Source of the DNA: Eledone cirrhosa
Taxonomy: Eukaryota
Reading direction: 5' to 3'
Assembly (NCBI GenBank): GCA_964016885.1
Contig: OZ024741.1
Span: 370,760,001 to 370,824,000 of the forward strand
DNA length: 64,000 nucleotides
Position 1 is the stretch's first letter. Each line of letters opens with the position of its first letter. Below, one piece after another: positions 45,703-56,997 of the stretch. Both the position numbers and the translations under genes were made by a program. The notes under the pieces were generated by a model. The model saw only the letters and a program-made list of their open reading frames with translations, was not told where the DNA came from and searched no databases.

Positions 45703-45703
<1 letters not shown>

Positions 45704-45945
45704 TTAGAGTCTCAGTCATTGATGTTATTTAACCGGAAAGTTTGTTGAAATGAATATCAAGCCACCAATTCAGTTTTCTCAAAGAAGGTACTATGAAGGG
45801 ATTTTTCATGAAGGCTGCTCTTTCTCCTTGTTGTTATTTCCTCCTTGGACATCCCCTGGTCTATTGTCCTCTCCTTCAATACAATTCTGAGCATTGGCTC
45901 CTTACTATCAGTCACGTATTTGTGTAGGTTGTTTTTTCTCCATCT
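45703..45945 (-). mobile_element. Fragment of a second, diverged R4/Dong-like family between (ATT)n tracts
   Basis: Minus strand LHKYVTDSKEPMLRIVLKE...LHEKSLHSTF resembles LSTYLRESHDWMIKLVLKHE...LQEKPLYGKY in ORF 52127-55210; (TAA)n tail. Confidence 0.5.
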
Positions 45946-45971
45946 GATTATTATTATTATTATTATTATTA

Positions 45972-46174
45972 GGGCGGTGGATTGGCAGTATCAGTAGAGG
46001 GTCGGACGCCATGCTTTCCAGCATAGTTACGTCCCTTTACGATCTGAGTTCAAATCCCGCCGAGGTTGACTTTGCCTTTCATCCTTACGGGGTCGATAAA
46101 ATGAAGTACCAGTAATGCACTGGGTAATTGCTGGCCTTGTGCCTAACGTAGAAACAATTATTATTATTATTATT
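45972..46174 (+). mobile_element. tRNA-derived SINE, full-length copy in (ATT)n
   Basis: GGCGGTGGATTGGCAG start, B box, core, (ATT)n on both sides. Confidence 0.92.
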
Positions 46175-46387
46175 GAATGCTATGGTTGACGGAGGCTCGG
46201 CTCTATAAGGTATTGTAAATTTTGACCGCTATAACAATTGTAAATTATTTAAAACTTTAACCAAATTGTAGACAAAAACACCCTCCTCCTCGTGAGAGGA
46301 GTTTTCTGCCCGTTATTTGGCCCTTCGGGGTTAAATAACCGCTTATTGGGGTTTTGTGCCCAATATTTATTTTAAACAAAAAAAAAC

Positions 46388-48560
46388 ATGGCTACGAAAA
46401 ATAATTTTCATAGGTCACTCCCACTCATTCCGTCTTCTTCTTCCTCAATCGTCACTACAGCAGAGAGAAGATTGTCTCTCTCCCTCCCTTCTTTAAATGT
46501 GTCTCTCTCCCTCCCTTCTCTTTAGCAAGCGACGCCAGTAAAGAAAAATCACGTGCAAAGCGTGCAAATTTTCTCCACGACGACGACGACAACGACGAAA
46601 AAGGTGTGTGGGAAATACGAAAATCCATTTTATTCGTCTGACGTCATGAATAATAGCAGTAGCAGCCGTAATAACAACAGCAACAGTGACAATGAAAACA
46701 ACAGTAGCAGCCGCAACAGCAACAGCAGCAGCATAAACAACAACAGCATTAGCAGCAACAGCAACAACAACAGCAGCAGCAGCAACAACAACAACAACCA
46801 CAGCAACAGCGGCGGCGGTAGTAGTCGTAGTACCTGCAGCAACAATAAAAGTAACAGCAGCTCTGACGACAACAACAACAACAGCAGCAAAAAAAACCCA
46901 AACTCGTTTGCAGGTATCGCAAAGAACCTGGAAACCATCCTCATAACAAATGAGGAATTACAGGAAGCGAAGAAGATGGTGACGAAAACCGGACACCGAG
47001 CAATCTGCAAGGCAGCGGAAAAATTTTTCGAAACCCAACAGCACTGTACGGTCACGTACCGTACAGTAAGCACAAAATCCCGTAGGGTTGAAAGAGCCAC
47101 AAAGGCTCAAATACAAAAAGCCTTAGGGTCTGTGTGGCAGCGGAAAACACATATCACCCGAGGCAAGAAATATGCCACCGTAGACGTGCTTTTTGCCACA
47201 CCCCAGGAGGCAAAGGCTCAATCCTTAGTGACCCTAAGGAGCGAGGAAATGGTGTTGGTGCCCTCCTACTGCGGGCAAAAAATTGTGACGGTCAAACGGA
47301 CCCACCTGTCAATCTCTCTCCCCCCCCCCCCCCCCCCCCGGGATGGCCCCTTCTTGGCTAGCCGCGTCTGTCCTCGTCGGAATCGAGGACAAAACAACTG
47401 TACTGCAAGTACAGAAAAAAGTAAGAGAAGATTGGGTCGGCACCTCCATTGAGATGTTATCCAAACCAACCAGGAGTGCATCGAAGCTATCCCGGATGTA
47501 ATAGACTTCGATAACGGCACTCAACTGCCCATAAGTGTTGAGGGCAAACGCCCGAAATGCTTTCGCTGTGGATCGAAGACTCATCTCAGGGCCTTCTGCA
47601 ACGAGAAGACCCTGAGAAAGGAGAAAACCCCCCTCCTTCCGAAACCGGCTCCACGGCTACCAGCAACAGGACAAGCGGCAACCAGGAACGATAAGTCCGT
47701 GGCACCCATACCCACACCACGGAAGTCAAGAACAGCAGCAGCAGTGGAAGTATTAACAACAACAGTAATACCAAATGCAGCTGCAACAGAGACTCCACTG
47801 CAAACATCACCAACAACAAGAAGTGAAAGAGTGGATCTGGTACCCCTCCCCGACCTCACAGAATCAGACATGGAGTGTGAGGTGGGAGAGGGATGGCAAA
47901 AGGTCGTAAGAAGGCATAAACGCAGAAGCAGCGCATCGTCGCCTTCGAAAAGGGAGGAAAGAAATGAAAAAAGGGTAAAGGCTACTGCAAAGAGACTCAC
48001 AGCAGCAACACCACCAACATCATCACCACCCACACTAGCACCACCATCACCACCGGCGACAACCCCACCGTCAACAACAACAACACCGCAAACAACAACA
48101 ACACCTTCAACACCACCACCACAAGCACCAACATCGCAAACACAACAACAAAACACACACACCCAGCCACAACGACAAGAAAATAGCAGAACCACACGCC
48201 ACCCCCAGAAAAACAAATGCACGGCAATAAATACACACAACAAGAAACTAATGACTTACATAATTGAACACACAGACATTTCACAGCACGACTACATAAT
48301 ACCAGCACCAATCAAAACGCCAACGAACATAAGGCTGATAAAAATTAGCACAGAAACAATACACAAACATTAAAACGAAATTCCCCAACGCTGTTGGTGA
48401 TTTCAGAGACCTAGGAGGGACTCTCAACCGGAGAGTATATTCGGACATACTCATAGAAGAGCCGACGACCAGCCGAAGGGACGAGTCAACGGTCCCTTCA
48501 CCAGACGATCAAGTGAAAAGGGATGGAGAAACCATCCTTCCTCTACGAAAAGTACGGTAA
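46388..48560 (+). pseudogene. LINE ORF1 (N/S-rich N-terminus, RRM-like region, CCHC zinc knuckle), frameshifted
   Basis: MATKNNF start shared with copy 2; RGKKYATVDVLF; RPKCFRCGSKTHLRAFC near 47550-47600; frame breaks at a short duplication (about 46472-46520) and at the poly-C near 47320. Confidence 0.8.
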
Positions 48561-48595
48561 GTGGTCTTTCCCATCTTTTCCACTCCATTTTAAAC

Positions 48596-51500
48596 ATGAC
48601 CTCACTCAGAATAGGCAGCATAAATGCGCATGGCTTGGGGTCGTCATGGAAGCAGGGTCACCTGCTCAACGACCTCAGGTCACTAAACATAGATGTAGTG
48701 GCCATCAGCGAGACCAGAATCTCCGAAGCACGGGCCTTCGCACCGATCTTCAGCGGCTACGATGTCTACGCATCTCCCAGCCGTCCAGGATCGGGGGGAG
48801 GAGTTGCTGTGCTTTTTCGGAGAGGTTTGGATCTCGCCATACGGGCCATCCTTCTGGACCCAGAGGGTAAGTTGGTGGTGCTGGACGTGACCAGCGGAGA
48901 CGGGCAAGCTTTCAGGCTAGTGGCTGTCTATGCCCCGACAGGAGCAGGGCGGCCTGATTTCTTCCGGCGTCTGGAGACCTTTCTTGGAACGTCCCGCTCT
49001 TTAGTCTTAGTGGGCCACAGGAACGGGATCTTAGATGCACGCTGGGACTGTGTGGGATTAGCGGATAGGGGTGGAGGGTGCAAGAGCCTCGCCAAGCTGC
49101 TCAGGCGTTTTGAACTGTCTGACAGGTACCGATTGGATTTCCCGAATGTGCCAATGTGGACTTGGACAAATCGCATATGGTCATCCAGATCATATCTAGA
49201 TAGAGTATGTTGTAGGGAAATAGATAGGTCTAGCATAGGCTGTCCACAATTCAAGATAGTTAGCTACACGGACCACAAATTCGTGATCTGTGTGCTTGAC
49301 TTAGATAGGCTTCATAGACGAGGACTCGGCTACTGGAAGTTAAACGCGTCCTTACCAGCGCGCAAGGCCTACAGAGACCGGATTAGCGAACTAGTTAAGC
49401 GGGCGTTGACAGGGGCCATCGTCAACAACAAGTGGTGGTTTGCTCTGAAAAGAGCGATTAGAATAGAATCCATTAGATTTAGTAAGGCTTTAGCAATAGA
49501 GAAAAATAGAGCAGAGGGAGAACTAGTTAGAAAATTAGACGAGGCGCTTAGCAAAGGCATCGCGACCGACGTGCTTGCGGCGAAATTGGCCCTTGACCAA
49601 TTCTTCAATGCAAAGCACGAATGCTGCGTTGTCAGAGCAAGGGTGCGTGCTCTCAGACACGAGGGGACGAAAGCCGTTCAATGGGCCCGAGTGGCGGAGG
49701 CGCATCGTGGCAACAAAGCCACGATCCGGTCTTTGGTGGACTACGACGGGCGCATGCTACTCGATCCCGGTCAAATGTGCGAAGCTTTTCAGCGACACTT
49801 CGCGCAGCTGTTCGGGGGCAGCGGTGGGCTGGGTCGAGGGATGGACTATAGTGTCTACCTCGACGGACTGCCGCGGCTCTCGGCCACTGAGGCGGAGTGT
49901 TGCCAAAAGCCGATAACAACCGCTGAAGTACGGGAGGCAATGACTGGCTGCACAAGGGGTAAATTGTCTGGTTTTGATGGTCTGCCCTATGAACTTTACG
50001 TACAGATGCCAGACTTGTTCGGAGGCCGCTTGGCGGACGTCTACTGCAACTGGCAACAGAACGGGAGAATTCCCAGCTCTGTGAGCCGAGGAGCGGTGGC
50101 ACTGCTGAGAAAGGATCCGAACAAGGGCGATAACATAGATAATTTCCGGCCTATAACTCTGCTAAACAAAGAGTTCAAGATTTTGGCCAAGGTGCTAGCA
50201 AAGAGGTTGGCGCTTGTCGTTGGTGGTCTGGTGAGAGAGGCGCAGACATGCGCCATTCCCGACAGATCCATCCACGACAACCTCCACCTCACGCGATACA
50301 TCATAGAGAGGGTAGCTTGGGAATCTGGCACGGGTGGGTCCTTTATCAATTTAGATCAGTCGAAAGCTTTCGATAGGGTCAACCATCGCTACCTAGCGGC
50401 AGTCCTGAGGGCGGCTGGCTTTGGGCCCGTCTTCAGAGGCTGGATCGCTGCCATGCACAGCGACATCTGCTCTGTGGTGAGAGTGAACGGTCACCTTTCG
50501 GAACCGTTCAACATCATGCGCTCGGTCCGCCAAGGATGTCCCCTCTCGTCCCTCTTGTACGTATTGACTCTCGAGCCATTACTGCACAAACTGGAGACGT
50601 TGAAATGGGCGGAGAGGAAGCTATCCCTGAAAGGTCGAGCGAAGGTGGCTGACGCGTACATCGCACCTGTCATCTGCTACCTCCTGACCGTCGTACCTTG
50701 TCCTAAGCCTCGCCTGACTGCGCTGGAGCGTTTGCTCTTTCGCTTTTTGTGGAAGGGACGCGCTCCGATGGTCAGGCGGTCCATCTGCTGTCAACACCCG
50801 CTACGTGGAGGGCTGGGCATGCCGTGGCTGATGATGCGCAGACACGCGCTCAGGCTACGACATCTCCACCTCTTCCTCGACGGTGATCAGGTGTGGTCGC
50901 CGTTTTCTAGACACGTATTTCCCCAGCTCGTTTCCCTGACGGAGCTGCAGTCCTGGGTCAAGCGAAGACCGAGAGGGAGCGCCTGGAGACTGGAATGTCT
51001 TCAGGCGCTCACAGCCCTCGACCAATCGGGCAATGTGATCGGTGGAAACTCCACCTCGGCGTCCTATATAGGATTAGTTGAGGGGAAGAGCGACGACGTA
51101 CTTGGGGAATCTCTAGGCGTCGACGAAAATCAACTAGCCATTCTCTTCAGAAGAACTTTCGGGCCGGGACCTATGGACAACTTCCAGAAATCCCTGGCCT
51201 GGCAGTGCTACCGAGGAGCCTTGCCAGTTCGGGATAAACTCTACAGGCATGGAGGTGCCGTCATCCGGGCATGTCCGAGATGCGCGCAGGGCGACGAAAC
51301 CGTCCTGCACGCACTCGTCCAGTGTCCGAAAATTGCTGACTTGTGGGTTTATGTCGAACACCTGCTGTCGCGTGTAGGACGGATCCGGCTATCATCTGAG
51401 TCCATCGTGAGGATTGCCCCGCCCTCTTCCTTTACCCGGGAAGGGCAGGCAGTTTTTATCTGTCTTGTGGCCATGGCGAAAAAGATAGTATGGTGGACAC

Positions 51501-51688
51501 GTTTGAAAGGGCTGAAGACGAGCACTTACCTCTTCGGTGATGCCCTGATTGACTTTTTCAAATATCATTTGAAAAGAAAAATCAGAGTAGATCGGGAAGT
51601 GCTCTCTTCCCAGCATTTTGTTGAAAGATGGGTGAGAGAAGCAAGAATGGCCCGAGTGAATGGACCTACTCTGAGTACGTATATGTAA
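48596..51688 (+). CDS. L1/Tx1 ORF2 (APE endonuclease, RT, C-terminal Zn finger); open but lacking catalytic motifs
   Basis: SINAHGL, ISETR, VYAP, SYLDR, TDH; FRPITLLN, DQSKAFDRV, VRQGCPLS; CPRC..ETVLHALVQC; YADD segment deleted in frame. Confidence 0.9.
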   Translation: MTSLRIGSINAHGLGSSWKQGHLLNDLRSLNIDVVAISETRISEARAFAPIFSGYDVYASPSRPGSGGGVAVLFRRGLDLAIRAILLDPEGKLVVLDVTSGDGQAFRLVAVYAPTGAGRPDFFRRLETFLGTSRSLVLVGHRNGILDARWDCVGLADRGGGCKSLAKLLRRFELSDRYRLDFPNVPMWTWTNRIWSSRSYLDRVCCREIDRSSIGCPQFKIVSYTDHKFVICVLDLDRLHRRGLGYWKLNASLPARKAYRDRISELVKRALTGAIVNNKWWFALKRAIRIESIRFSKALAIEKNRAEGELVRKLDEALSKGIATDVLAAKLALDQFFNAKHECCVVRARVRALRHEGTKAVQWARVAEAHRGNKATIRSLVDYDGRMLLDPGQMCEAFQRHFAQLFGGSGGLGRGMDYSVYLDGLPRLSATEAECCQKPITTAEVREAMTGCTRGKLSGFDGLPYELYVQMPDLFGGRLADVYCNWQQNGRIPSSVSRGAVALLRKDPNKGDNIDNFRPITLLNKEFKILAKVLAKRLALVVGGLVREAQTCAIPDRSIHDNLHLTRYIIERVAWESGTGGSFINLDQSKAFDRVNHRYLAAVLRAAGFGPVFRGWIAAMHSDICSVVRVNGHLSEPFNIMRSVRQGCPLSSLLYVLTLEPLLHKLETLKWAERKLSLKGRAKVADAYIAPVICYLLTVVPCPKPRLTALERLLFRFLWKGRAPMVRRSICCQHPLRGGLGMPWLMMRRHALRLRHLHLFLDGDQVWSPFSRHVFPQLVSLTELQSWVKRRPRGSAWRLECLQALTALDQSGNVIGGNSTSASYIGLVEGKSDDVLGESLGVDENQLAILFRRTFGPGPMDNFQKSLAWQCYRGALPVRDKLYRHGGAVIRACPRCAQGDETVLHALVQCPKIADLWVYVEHLLSRVGRIRLSSESIVRIAPPSSFTREGQAVFICLVAMAKKIVWWTRLKGLKTSTYLFGDALIDFFKYHLKRKIRVDREVLSSQHFVERWVREARMARVNGPTLSTYM

Positions 51689-51937
51689 ATTAAAGGTGGA
51701 AAACTGGGAGAGGGCACTTGCCTTGGTGGTCAGGGTCACTGTGGCCTTTTCCTGGGCTTTCTCCATAAATGTCCCTCCGAAGTCTCCCCCCTATTGGGGA
51801 ATTTTTCCTTGTTATTTTTTTTTTACATCCTCTATTTTTGTTTTTTACACGCAGAAATGCCCATTAGTACCGTCCTGTATTGTCCTGCACTGTCATTAAT
51901 GTCTACTTTATGTAAACCCTTGTGGTTAATAAAGAAA

Positions 51938-51979
<42 letters not shown>

Positions 51980-51980
<1 letters not shown>

Positions 51981-54900
51981 AGCTGCATTTATCTTGCTTT
52001 ATGTTCATACGAGTTATCACCAAGTCACAACCAATTACCTCAAGAGACAACAAGGTTCGTCATGTTCAAGAAAGAACATACATACTTACACATGCAACTT
52101 TTTAGGTGTTTAGACTTGTGATGTACTTATATTGACAGAATCTTCCTTCGTATATGGGCAGTTCCCATTAGTACTATCTTTTGTATTTCTCCTATACGCG
52201 GGTTTCCTGGGATTTGCGATAAGTAATCATTACACCCCTTAGGTATCATTCCTAGAGCGCCTACAACCACTGGTATTGTTTTAGTTCTCAATTTCCACAT
52301 TTTTCCAATTTCTATCTCCAGGTCCTTATACTTGCTCAATTTTTCAAATGTTTTTATAGATACATTCTTGTCTATTGGAACGGACATATCAATTAGCAGG
52401 CATACCCTCTTTTTAAAGTCCTTCAATATTATATCAGGTCTATTTGCATCTATTTTTCGGTCTGTTTGGATGCTAAAGTTCCACAAGATTGAGATGTGAT
52501 CTTTTTCAAGTATGGGAGGTGGTTGATGCTCCCACCAATTCTTTTGATGGGGCAGGTCAAAATGCTTACACATTATCCAATGTATGTATTGTGCAGCTCT
52601 GTCATGCCTGTTTAGGTATTCGGTTGGAGCTATAGGACTGCACATTGAAATTATATGGTCAATGGTCTCTGGTTGCTTTTTACATACACGGCATAATGGG
52701 CTGCATCCATTTTTTATTATGTTGGCTTGGTAATTTTTTGTTGGCAGACACTGATCTTGTGCTGATATAATCAGTCCTTCAGTCTCCGATTTCAGTCCAG
52801 AGGATGCCAACCACTGATGGGTTAAAGTTTTGTCAACATCAGGATTGTTAGCTCGTTCTGGGTATTTTCCATACAGAGGCTTTTCTTGCAATTTCTTAGC
52901 CAGTTTCTGTAGCAGTTCTTTCTTTGCAGTTACTTTTACCTGCTTTGCTTTTTCTGTGTTTTCCATTTCAGCAGTAAATGGGACTTCTGAAATTTGTAGT
53001 CCATTACTGTATCTTTGTGCATCTTTTGTAATGGAGTATGATCTTTTGATGCTTTCGTGTTTCAAAACGAGTTTGATCATCCAATCATGTGATTCCCTTA
53101 GATATGTAGATAATCCAATCGTTGCAGTTTTCAACGCAATGTCTAACTGGATTAGCCCACGTCCTCCTTCTTTCCTAGGGAGATATATTCTATCTGTATC
53201 TGCCTTAGGGTGATGCATTCTGTGCATGGTTAAGAATTTTCGAATTTTTGTATCGAGCCTACGGATCTCTGTGCTTGACCAGTTGATGACATTGTAACTG
53301 TAGGTTACTACTGGTATGGCAAGCGTGTTTATGGCATCGATCCTATTCCTTGCATTCAATTCCGTTCTTAAGATTGCTCTTACTCTGCGGTAACATTCCT
53401 TCCTTATCATTTCCCTCATTGTCGAGTGCTTGATTCCGTCTCCTTCACAAACACCTAGATATTTGTAAGTTTCCTCTTGATCAAGTTCTCTTATCACATT
53501 CCTCCGATCAAGATTAATGTCTGAACTCTTCAGCAGCTTTCCTCTGGTGAACGTTGCTTTGCCGCATTTATCTAGCCCAAACTCCATTTTAATGTCATCA
53601 CTGAACTGCTCCACAGTGGATAGTAGCCCTTGCAATTGTTCATCATTTTTTGCAAATAGTTTCAGGTCATCCATGTAGAACAAATGATTAATGGTTTTGT
53701 CATAGACTTTATATCCATGCTTTGTTTCATTGAGCATTTTACTTAATGGTATAAGTGCGATGCAGAATAAAAGCGGTGATAAAGAGTCACCCTGAAAAAT
53801 TCCACAATTAATATTAACTTCTCCAGCTTCCAGTGATTTTGTTTCACTATTCAAAAGGAGTGCCGTTTTCCATGTCTTCATACTGAATGACAAAAACCTC
53901 CTGACAACGGGGGATATTTTGAAAATCTCTAAACAATTTTCAATCCAACTGTGTGGCAAACTATCGAATGCTTTTTTATAATCGATCCAAGCAATTGATA
54001 GATTTTTGTGTCTATTATGACAATCTTCCAGTATCATTTTGTTAACCAAAAGCTGATCCTTACAGCTATATGAGCCTTGTTTACACTCTTTCTGCTCAAT
54101 GGGAAATAGGTCATTTGTTATCAGGTTGTCATATGTATATTCAGTTAGGACTGATGTTAAAATTTTATACATTGTGGTCAAGCAAGTTATCGGTCTGTAA
54201 TTTTTGGGATTGTTTGTCTCATCATTCTTCGGAAGCAGGAATGTAATGCCGTTAACTAGCCATGATGGTATCTGTTCTGCCTCCTTAACTATTTCATTGT
54301 AAAGTTGGGCTAACAGCTCATGAGACTCTGTGAAGGCATTTATCCAAAAATTTTGTATTTTGTCTTTTCCTGGGGATTTCCATTTGCTGGTTTTTCTTAG
54401 AGCCACACGCAACTGTTCAACTGTTATATTTTCCCATATTTGTTCCTCAAGGTGAGCTGTATCTTTCATTTGTCTGTCTATCCATGGGGCATGTATATTA
54501 TGAACTTTTTCTTCGGCCCAGATCTTTTCCCAGAATTCTTGCACTTCCTCCTTGGGTTGTATTGATTTAGCAGTTATTGTTGACTTACCAATTTTTCTGT
54601 AGAAGTTTCTTTGGTTGTTTTTTAACATATTATTGTCATTATAGAATCTAGATCGTTTTTCAAAGCGCCTTATACGAGCAGCTTTGGCCGACACTTTTTG
54701 CTTGATTATTTCTATCAGCATGTCTGTGTCACTTGTTGATTTTATACTGTACTTTCTTTTCAATTTTCTAAATTTAGTTTGTTTAACATGTTCACCTACT
54801 TTATAGTTTGTTAAAATTTCTATGTCAGATCGGAGAAGGTTTATTTGGCGATTGGTGTTCTCTTGCCAAGTAGATTTTTTGTGGGAATTCCTTTGTTTTT

Positions 54901-56909
54901 TCATCTTCACTCCACATAAGTGAGTGGTGACTTTAGCCGATGCATAATAGAGATGATTTAAATCAGTAATGTTTAGTTTGTTTGTGATGATAATGTTTTT
55001 AAGAATTATGTTAGTCTTGTGTATTATCTTTTGGTTCTGTTTGGAGTTCTGGATCTTAGGGAGGGTGTCTCGTTCCCCCATGTCAGATTCTTTCATTTTC
55101 ATCCATTGGATCATAATTTCATCCTTCAAGTTGGCAAGTTCATTCTCATTCATTTCTTTATCATTTACGATCTCATTGTTTTCATATGGAGTTTCATCTT
55201 GAGCATGCACTCCCTACACTTTTTCGATCCTTTCTTTAATTTGTTCTGTTGTCAGTGATTCCGCCTCAACCCTGGGATTCGAAGTGTTACAATTTACCTT
55301 GTTTTCACTGACACATGTTTCATTTTCCCTACGCTGACTTTGTGCTAATAGCTTGATCTGATCAATTTCTATATCAGTTAGTAACTTTTTTTTACAATAT
55401 TTCTTCGTATATTGGCTAGTTTGTTACTGTCAATATAGCCTCCGTTTTCGGGATGTTTCTTTTTCCAGTTGATATATGTCTGTTCTGTATTCGATGTATT
55501 TGATGGGTAGTACATGGCAGTGTAGAAAGCCTCAAAGACTTCTTTATTATCTTCCCTTGACCATTTTTCTCTCTTTTTCTTTGGATTTCTTGGTGGTGAG
55601 CATGGAGGGCCAACAGTAGGAGTATTCCGGTTATGGGAGGTCTCCAGCTCCGAAGTGATGGGAAGGTTTGAACCATTAGCTGATTTTTCGACCCCAGTCT
55701 GGTTCCTCTCTGAGGGACGCGGCCCTTTTTGACCCGGGTGGCGGCCGATCCGGTATGAGATTTTATCATTAGACATTTACTTTATTTTGTCGCGTTTTAT
55801 CCTTATCCGCCAAGGGGTAATCATTTCGTGTTACCACTTCTAGGACGAGTGTCAACCAAGACTAGAGGGGTCGTCCTCCCCTATAGACACGGCTATTCCC
55901 CGCCGGCCGCCATCCCGGTATTTCTTGGTCACGTGGTTTTCTTTTTTGTTGTTTTTTAAATTGTTATTATCATGAGTGGTTCCTTAATGTGAGCATTGCG
56001 TGGCTTAAGAATGAAATTATTAATAATATAATATACTTTTTGCTGAAGTTGCCTGTTATTGTTGTTGGCTATGTCGGTGGTGGTACTGGGGCTTTTTCTA
56101 TTGTTGGTGGGGAAGGGGGGAGCCAGCAGTGCCATAGTCGTTGACGTTTTGCCGGTGGCCGGGTCACTAAGTCAATCTATTTATATCTTTTGCTAGCCTC
56201 TCCCTTGTCTAGTGATACCGCCACCTTCCCCTTTCTTAAGTTAACAGAAGGTTATGGGGAATAGTGGTGGTAGCAATGAAGGAGTGGTGGCGGCGGTGAT
56301 GGGATAGTGGTGGCAATGATGGATGGAGTGGTGGCGGCGGTGACTATAGTGATGGTGTTGTCGTTACTGAGTGTTGTTGAATACACTGTAGTTTTGTTTG
56401 ATGTGTATCTATGAGTTTGTCGTGTATGTTTAATATATGTGTTGACATATTTTCTTAATATTGGAATTAAACATTTTGTTAAAACTTGAGACAATAATAA
56501 TAGTAATTATTATTATTATGCTGAGATTGGTGGTGGTAGTGGTGAATTGCCGTTATCTGGCTGTTTTATTTAGTGTACACAGAGTGGTGATGGGGTAGGT
56601 GGTGTATCTAGTTTCTGGTGTTGGTGAAATTGCTGTTATTTGGCTGTTCTATATAGTGTAGACAGAGGGGGTTTTCTTCCATTTATAACCATTTTCTTTT
56701 TTGAATATAAAATGTATAATACAAAATTGAATATTTGAGCGATATAACAATATATTATGGATCCGAATTTTTCTGAGACTCGAGTCGGATGCTTTATGTA
56801 TCATTTGTACTAAGAATTGTTATTTCACAATTAATTTAAATATGTTAAAAATCAAAAACTTACGGGAGCGATTTCATGACCTTCTAACCACCACGTGCGT
56901 CTTCTTCCC
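51980..56909 (-). mobile_element. R4/Dong-clade LINE, copy 1, probably full length, flanked by (TAA)n
   Basis: RT plus RLE ORF and (TAA)n tail; the 5' boundary at about 56909 is inferred from the adjacent (TAA)n. Confidence 0.82.
52127..55776 (-). pseudogene. R4/Dong ORF: RT plus CCHC plus restriction-like endonuclease; one frameshift (about 55390) and one stop (55214-55216)
   Basis: KWSREDNKEV N-terminus; WKSPGKD, YRPITCL, WIDYKKAFDS, GIFQGDSLSPLLF, FYMDDLK, YKYLG, GGRGL; CRVC..ETIDHIISMC, RHD, RPDI, IDMSVP, KLSKYKDL. Confidence 0.92.

Positions 56910-56996
<87 letters not shown>

Positions 56997-56997
<1 letters not shown>

Larger units (their letters stand above)
46175..51939 (+). mobile_element. 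L1/Tx1-type LINE, copy 1, complete termini, flanked by (ATT)n
   Basis: Same 5' end as the copy at 59299; ORF1 plus ORF2; AATAAA at 51928 then (ATT)n. Confidence 0.92.

Noticed and set aside
45972-46070. tRNA gene
   Set aside because: A and B boxes are present, but I could not fold a cloverleaf; the sequence continues into the SINE body, and other copies have TSDs.
49653-50349. Antisense ORFs within Tx1 ORF2, conserved in both copies
   Set aside because: Expected shadow ORFs in GC-rich coding sequence; the conservation reflects copy identity.
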